In this document: positions 58,580 to 64,000 of the stretch, piece after piece
Layout: each line of letters opens with the position of its first letter
Numbering within the stretch: position 1 is the stretch's first letter
Source: Terriglobia bacterium
GTDB taxonomy: Bacteria; Acidobacteriota; Terriglobia; 2-12-FULL-54-10
Direction of reading: 5' to 3'
Assembly: GCA_963666975.2 (NCBI GenBank)
Contig: CAXVYR010000004.1
Coordinates: 1,120,001-1,184,000, forward strand
DNA length: 64,000 nucleotides
The notes under the pieces: generated by a model
Database searches by the model: none
What the model was told of the DNA's origin: nothing
Seen by the model: the letters and a program-made list of their open reading frames with translations, nothing else
Made by a program: the position numbers and the translations under genes

Positions 58580-60227
58580 GGGCTTTTGCCGTGGGGGCCT
58601 CGCTTTCCGGAAGATGGGGGAGGGAGGGCAGCACGATGCGAAATACGGTTCCGTCCCCGGTGGACTCGGCGTGGATGGTCCCTTTATGCGCCTGGATGAT
58701 CTGGTAGACAATAGCCAGGCCCAGCCCCGTCCCCCCCTCGAAGCTGGACTGAAACGGTTCAAACAGTTTCTCCACCTGCCGGGGAGACATCCCGTTGCCT
58801 GTATCGCAAAAAAGAATTTGCAGGTGTTGTTCCCCCGCAACGACCTCGACGGAGAGGGTGCCGCCGCTGGGCATGGCCTTTACAGCGTTGTCCCCGATGT
58901 TCCAGAAGACCTGCCGCATGCGGTCGGCGTCCAGCGGGGAAAGGACCGGCTCCCGGGGAAGCTTCTTTTCGACCCGGTAGCGGGCAGCAAACTGCGGACG
59001 GTTTTCAAGCAGCGTCAGCGTCTCCTCCAAAATCTCCACCACGTTGACCGGTTTGAACTGATAGGTTTTTTCCCGCGAGTACAATAAAAAATCCGTCAGG
59101 ATCGCGTTCAGCCGTTCCGACTCTTTCAGGACAATCCCGATCAGGCGTTGCTGGTCCGAATCCAAGTCCGCCATGCCGGAAAACAGCTTCACCGATCCGG
59201 CGATGGAAGCCAGCGGATTGCGGATTTCATGCGCGATGGCCGCCGCCATCCGCCCGATGGCCGCCATACGGTCTTTGAGCTGGACCTCCCGTTCCAGGTT
59301 CTTCATCGGGGTGACGTCCTGGAAGCCGTACACATAGCCTACTGTTTCCCCGTTGCGGCTTAACGGGGAAACACTCAGACCCAGGAATTTTTCATTCCCT
59401 CCGGCGCCCGTATAACAAATCTCTTGCCGCGCTTTGGAAAGATCGGGCTGTCCTCCCGCCATAACTTGCGGGAAGAGCGTCTCGATGGTCTTGCCTTTGA
59501 GGGAGGAAAAAGGAAGCCCCAGGATGTCCGCTCCCGGCGAATTCAACAGGATGATCTGCCCGGTCAGGTCGGTCGTAATCAGCCCGCCGCGCATGCTTTC
59601 CAGGATGTCCTGATTCAGAGCTTGCAAATCCTCTAATTCTTCCTTTTTGTCTTCCAGTTCGACGCCGGTCTTGCGCAAAATCACCGCCAACTTGCTGGCC
59701 AGGTACGCCACCGCCATAAACGCCACCAGGTTGGCCGCTATATTGATTTGCAGGCTTTTCAGGTCCGGTTGGGTCAGGGCGTAGGCGGGAATGATGTTGT
59801 AATAGGGAAGCTCCAGTATGACTCCCGCCTGAATAAAGCAAAGGCTGGCGATCAGGAACGCGCCTCCCCGCGAGAGGACAATGCTTCCCATCAGGATCGT
59901 TAATGGATAGAGGAAGTAAAAGTAACTATCCAGGCCGCCGGTGAAGTAGACCACCAGCGTCACCATGGAGGTATCCAGAATCATCTGAATATAGGCTTGC
60001 TGTGTAGCGTCTAATTTGATCTTCAGCAGGATGTGGTGGATCAGATCCAGCACGCACCAGAACAGCAGGACGGCCAGAAAGTACTTCATCGGAACCTGCA
60101 CAACGGTCAGGTTCTGCAACTGCGCCATCTGCTGAATGGTGAGCTCGATGCCCAGCAGGAAGGTGATGATGACAATCCGCACGCGGATCAGCCAGGAAAG
60201 CCACTGTCTCTGATCCATCATCTCCAT
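58554..60227 (-). CDS. pilS: PAS-domain sensor histidine kinase, PilS-like
   Basis: Six TM segments with VYFTGG.DS.F.FLY; PAS domain; AHEIRNPLASI; N, G1, F and G2 boxes. Confidence 0.85.
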   Translation of the reverse strand: MEMMDQRQWLSWLIRVRIVIITFLLGIELTIQQMAQLQNLTVVQVPMKYFLAVLLFWCVLDLIHHILLKIKLDATQQAYIQMILDTSMVTLVVYFTGGLDSYFYFLYPLTILMGSIVLSRGGAFLIASLCFIQAGVILELPYYNIIPAYALTQPDLKSLQINIAANLVAFMAVAYLASKLAVILRKTGVELEDKKEELEDLQALNQDILESMRGGLITTDLTGQIILLNSPGADILGLPFSSLKGKTIETLFPQVMAGGQPDLSKARQEICYTGAGGNEKFLGLSVSPLSRNGETVGYVYGFQDVTPMKNLEREVQLKDRMAAIGRMAAAIAHEIRNPLASIAGSVKLFSGMADLDSDQQRLIGIVLKESERLNAILTDFLLYSREKTYQFKPVNVVEILEETLTLLENRPQFAARYRVEKKLPREPVLSPLDADRMRQVFWNIGDNAVKAMPSGGTLSVEVVAGEQHLQILFCDTGNGMSPRQVEKLFEPFQSSFEGGTGLGLAIVYQIIQAHKGTIHAESTGDGTVFRIVLPSLPHLPESEAPTAKAHGEIISGR

Positions 60228-60439
60228 AGGGCTCTAAGGCTCCTGCGGCGTTTGATTGCGCCCGCGAACGATTTCCGGTCACGAGGCGCGTATACGCACG
60301 AATGTACTCGAAAAAGCGTGGGAAGAGCAACCACCTTGCTTGCGTTCCGGGAGCAAGGTATCGAGTGAGAGAACGGCTGCGGTATGGTGGGTCGCTGGAA
60401 AAGGGGAGCCTCTGTGGGTTGGGTTGCTGCTTCCAGCCT

Positions 60440-61771
60440 TCACTCCAGCATTTCCAGTTTCACACGCGCCACGCGGCGATGTTCCATCTCCAGCACGGTA
60501 AACTTGCGATTTTCATAAACGAAGGTTTCACCTCCCTGCGGGATGTGGCCGAGTTGCTGGAGCACGAACCCCGCCAGGGTTTCAAAGCCCTTGTCCCGGG
60601 GGAGTTGAACCTGGTATTGATCCTCCAAATCCAGGATGTTGACGTGGGCGTCCAGCACCAGCGTGCGTTCCCCGAGACGCAGGCCGGGGGGCATCTCCCA
60701 GTCATACTCGTCCTCGATTTCCCCGACGATCTGTTCCAGCACGTCCTCCACCGTCACCAGACCGACCGTGCTGCCGAATTCATCCACCACCAGGGCCATG
60801 TGCCTGCGCTGCTTCTGGAAGTCTTGCAAAAGCTGGTCAATCGGCTTGGTCTCCGGCACGACCTGAATCTCTCGCAACAGGCTGCGCAATACGAATTCCC
60901 GTGGTGTGCGGCCTGCTTCCCAGGTCGCCTGCTGCTCCTCGGCGACTTTCAGCAGGTCCTTGGTGTAGAGAACGCCGATAATCTGTTCGGGAGAGTCCTG
61001 GTGGACGGGAAGCCGCGAGTACTGGTCCTCGGTGACGATCCGCAGCAGCTCTCCCAGAGACAAATCCACGGAAATCGAGACGATGTTGGGCCGGGGAACC
61101 ATTACTTCCCTCACCAAGATCTGGCTCAGGTCAATGATGTTGTGAATCATGTCCTGCTGATAGGCGGGCAAAGCGCCGCTGCGATAGCTGGCGGTGACCA
61201 GCATCTTGAGTTCTTCTCCGGTGTAGGAGTGGGATTGAGGCCCCCCAGCCGTGGCTCCCAGGTGCCGGGCCAGGAAAAAGGAGCAGGCGTCCAGGACCGC
61301 CAGAGGCCCGCGGACGAACTTCATGAAGAAGGTCATGGGCCAGGCAACCACTAAAGACAGCCGCTCGGCCCGCTCCAGGGCCACCTGCTTCGGAACCAGC
61401 TCCCCGAGGACCACATGGAGGAAAGTGATCATAAGGAATGCCAGCGCCAGGGCCAGGCTGTGGGTCAGCACCGGGCTATCTACGTGCAACCAGGCCAGTG
61501 CAGGCTGGATCATCGCCGCCAGGGTGATTTCACCAATCCATCCCAGAGCCAGGCTCGCCAAGGTGATGCCCAATTGTGTCCCGCTGAGGACGCTGTTCAG
61601 ATTTCCAATCAGCTTCAGGGCAGCCTCGGCCCGTGCGCTACCCTGCGAAGCCCTTTGCTGCAACCGGGTTCGCCGGACGCTCACCAGGGCGAACTCCACC
61701 GCCACAAAAAAGGCGTTGGCCAGCACCAGGAGGACAATAGTTAAAACGCGTAAAAACGGAAAGGCAGGCAT
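60440..61771 (-). CDS. CNNM/TlyC hemolysin-family protein (DUF21-CBS-CorC)
   Basis: NAFFVAVEFALV, QLGITLASL, GELVPK, MVPR, YSRLPV, VDEFG, EQIVGEIEDE, ETLAG. Confidence 0.93.
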   Translation of the reverse strand: MPAFPFLRVLTIVLLVLANAFFVAVEFALVSVRRTRLQQRASQGSARAEAALKLIGNLNSVLSGTQLGITLASLALGWIGEITLAAMIQPALAWLHVDSPVLTHSLALALAFLMITFLHVVLGELVPKQVALERAERLSLVVAWPMTFFMKFVRGPLAVLDACSFFLARHLGATAGGPQSHSYTGEELKMLVTASYRSGALPAYQQDMIHNIIDLSQILVREVMVPRPNIVSISVDLSLGELLRIVTEDQYSRLPVHQDSPEQIIGVLYTKDLLKVAEEQQATWEAGRTPREFVLRSLLREIQVVPETKPIDQLLQDFQKQRRHMALVVDEFGSTVGLVTVEDVLEQIVGEIEDEYDWEMPPGLRLGERTLVLDAHVNILDLEDQYQVQLPRDKGFETLAGFVLQQLGHIPQGGETFVYENRKFTVLEMEHRRVARVKLEMLE

Positions 61772-61933
61772 AGTCGCTCCCCGCCATGTCGTCGCTCCCG
61801 GCGGGATGCGGAGCTATTCTAACACGGGATGCGCGCCTCCAGGGAAAGAGAACGCTTGCTAGATAAGCCGCTTCCAGAGAACACTGCTGGCGAGGGACTG
61901 CCGGGTCTGGTAACCTTTTTTCGGGATGATACG

Positions 61934-63772
61934 ATGATACCCGCAGAAAAACTCGCCACAGTGCCTGCCGCCCCGGGCGTCTATCAATTTCTCAATGCTG
62001 CTGGGGAAGTAATCTACGTGGGAAAGGCCAAATCCCTGCGGCAACGAGTGCGATCTTATTTTCTGGAGGCGCGAGCGGCGGAGGCGAAGACGGACACCCT
62101 GGTCCGCGAAGCCATTGCGGTCAGCACGATACTTGTCGACAACGACCGCGAAGCTCTGGCTCTGGAGAACAACCTGATCAAGCAGATTCAGCCGAGGTTC
62201 AACGTCCTGTTGCGGGACGATAAAACCTATCCCTACATCAAGCTGACAGCCTCGGAAAAATACCCTCGCATTTATGTGACACGGCGGCTGAAGAAAGACG
62301 GGTCAGCTTACTATGGCCCGTATTTTCCGGGCGGCCTAGCTTACCGCATTGCCCGCTTGATCCATCGGTATTTTCTGGTGCCTTCCTGCACGGTGGACTT
62401 GGCGCGGGCGCATCCCCGGCCTTGTTTGGAATATTACATTCAGCGCTGCCAGGGACCCTGTGTGCCCGGACTCACCACCGAGGAGCGATATGCACAGGCG
62501 GTGCGGGACGTGAAAATGTTTCTGGAGGGCCGTCACGGCGATTTGGTCCGGATTCTTCGCAACCGAATGCAGGAGGCTTCCGATAGCGAGCGTTTCGAGG
62601 AGGCCGCCGCTTGCCGGAACTTGATCTCTACGGTGGAGCAGTTGCAGGAGAAACAGAAGGTGGCAGCAGCAGCCGGCGATGACCGGGACGTCTTAGCCCA
62701 TCACCAGGAAGGCCCCCTGGTGGCCGTGAATGTATTCCACATGCGGAGGGGCCGCGTGCTGGATCGCCGGGAATTTTTCTGGGAAAACCAGGAGATGTTT
62801 GACGCCAGCGATTTTTTTTCCTCCTTGCTGAAGCAGATTTATCTGGAGCAGCAATACATCCCGGCGTTTGTCCATATCCCGGTCGATTTTGAAGACCGCT
62901 CGCTGCTGGAAGAGCTGCTTTCGGAAAAACGCGGCCACAAGGTGGAGATCCTCACTCCCCAGAGGGGACAAAAACGGGCGCTGCTGGAGCTGGCGGAAAA
63001 AAATGCGGCGCACTCTTTTGACCAGCGTTTCCGGGTTTTGAAGCCGACCAGCCGCGCCATCCTGGAGGCGTTGCAGGAGGCGCTGGGCCTGCCCGAGCCT
63101 CCCGTCCGGATTGAATGCTTCGACGTCTCCCACTTTCAAGGAACCGACACGGTGGCCTCGATGGTGGTCTGGGAAAACGGCAAGATGAAGAAGGCAGGGT
63201 ACCGCAAGTTCATCCTCCGCACGGTGGAGGGAAATGACGATTTCGCCAGCATGCGGGAGGTCGTGGAACGCCGCTGCCGCCGGTTGCAGGAGGAGCGTCA
63301 GCCGTTGCCGGGGCTGATTCTGATCGACGGCGGCGTGGGCCAGTTGCACGCCGCGGCAGAGGCCCTGGAGAAGCTGGGGATCATCAATCAGCCGCTGGCC
63401 AGTATCGCCAAGAAAGAAGAGATTCTCTATGTCCACGGGCAGGAGTCCGACCCCATCCGGCTTGACCCGCACTCTCCGGTGCTCCATCTCATGCAGCAAG
63501 TCCGGGACGAGTCGCACCGTTTCGCCGTCAGCTTCCATCGCCAGCGCCGCGACTCCCGCAGGCTGCGCTCGGAGCTTTGCGAGATTCCCGGCGTGGGGGA
63601 GAAAACGGCTCGCAAGTTGCTTGAGAATTTCGGTAGCTTGGAAGGAATCCGGTCCGCTTCGGAAGAAGATCTCCAGCGAATCCTGCCTCGCCGCCAAGCC
63701 GCCCTGGTGCGGGAATTTCTGGCCCAAGGAACGCCTCCAGCGTCCCCGAATGCACATAGTTCTGGAGGGTAA
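61934..63772 (+). CDS. uvrC: Excinuclease ABC subunit C
   Basis: PGVYQF..YVGKAKSLR.RV.SYF, P.FNVLLRDDK.YPY, RIECFDVSH.QG, LILIDGG.GQL, RDESHRFA, IPGVG. Confidence 0.97.
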   Translation: MIPAEKLATVPAAPGVYQFLNAAGEVIYVGKAKSLRQRVRSYFLEARAAEAKTDTLVREAIAVSTILVDNDREALALENNLIKQIQPRFNVLLRDDKTYPYIKLTASEKYPRIYVTRRLKKDGSAYYGPYFPGGLAYRIARLIHRYFLVPSCTVDLARAHPRPCLEYYIQRCQGPCVPGLTTEERYAQAVRDVKMFLEGRHGDLVRILRNRMQEASDSERFEEAAACRNLISTVEQLQEKQKVAAAAGDDRDVLAHHQEGPLVAVNVFHMRRGRVLDRREFFWENQEMFDASDFFSSLLKQIYLEQQYIPAFVHIPVDFEDRSLLEELLSEKRGHKVEILTPQRGQKRALLELAEKNAAHSFDQRFRVLKPTSRAILEALQEALGLPEPPVRIECFDVSHFQGTDTVASMVVWENGKMKKAGYRKFILRTVEGNDDFASMREVVERRCRRLQEERQPLPGLILIDGGVGQLHAAAEALEKLGIINQPLASIAKKEEILYVHGQESDPIRLDPHSPVLHLMQQVRDESHRFAVSFHRQRRDSRRLRSELCEIPGVGEKTARKLLENFGSLEGIRSASEEDLQRILPRRQAALVREFLAQGTPPASPNAHSSGG

Positions 63773-63831
63773 CGCGAATCCACCGGTCCACTGGTACTAT
63801 GTGCAACGAGAAGAATATGAGAGGAAACCAC

Positions 63832-64000
63832 ATGACGCAGACGCCACAGTCCACAAATTCCTCCCCCAAGCTCATTTCCTTGCTGGCGCTGTTAGTTTTC
63901 ACAGCGGTATCCGCAGGCTATGCGCAAAGCAGTGATTTTCCAGTTACGCTATCCCAAGGAGTGATGGCGGGCGAGGTGACGGAAACCAGCGCCATCATGC
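63832..64000 (+). CDS. Start of an exported protein, possibly PhoD-like phosphatase (truncated by the window end)
   Basis: GAGGA RBS; MTQT...LISLLALLVFTAVSAGYAQ...QGVMAGEVTETSAI resembles the PhoD N-terminus. Confidence 0.5.
   Translation, partial: MTQTPQSTNSSPKLISLLALLVFTAVSAGYAQSSDFPVTLSQGVMAGEVTETSAIM

Noticed and set aside
57206-60227. pilS/pilR without neighbouring pilus genes
   Set aside because: Separation from pil structural genes is not unusual, and both proteins look canonical.
1-64000. CRISPR array, cas genes, retron/RT, integron cassettes, rRNA
   Set aside because: I saw no repeat-spacer periodicity, RT or Cas motifs, attC arrays or rRNA sequence. The repeats found are tandem or IS/REP-type.

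Overview
64-kb bacterial window, most likely Acidobacteriota (acidobacterial VWA protein, TIGR03437-type C-terminal domain, ruvX-mltG-Lol-like cluster, kinase/TolB-repeat relic). Positions ~1-30,000 are an accessory, decaying region. It holds a Ser/Thr kinase-class III cyclase fusion, a frameshifted CsgG-like gene, and a rhomboid gene between two IS1380-derived miniature elements. It also holds a DUF5916 protein, four tandem secreted YtcJ-like amidohydrolases with rewired active-site motifs, two more secreted amidohydrolase-IPT/TIG proteins, tRNA-Arg(UCG), dead transposases and an integrase relic, amtB with a TorF-like porin, a tRNA-Glu 3' fragment and several hollowed-out gene remnants. Positions ~30,000-64,000 are mostly housekeeping (tag, pyk, ruvX, mltG, ABC/LolA-like genes, ArsR-SRPBCC-DUF899-DinB, an M16 peptidase pair, transporters, pilS/pilR, CNNM, uvrC). 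The best candidate for an undescribed system is the battery of six exported amidohydrolases next to ammonium-uptake genes. All calls come from reading the sequence and recalled family motifs; no searches were run.
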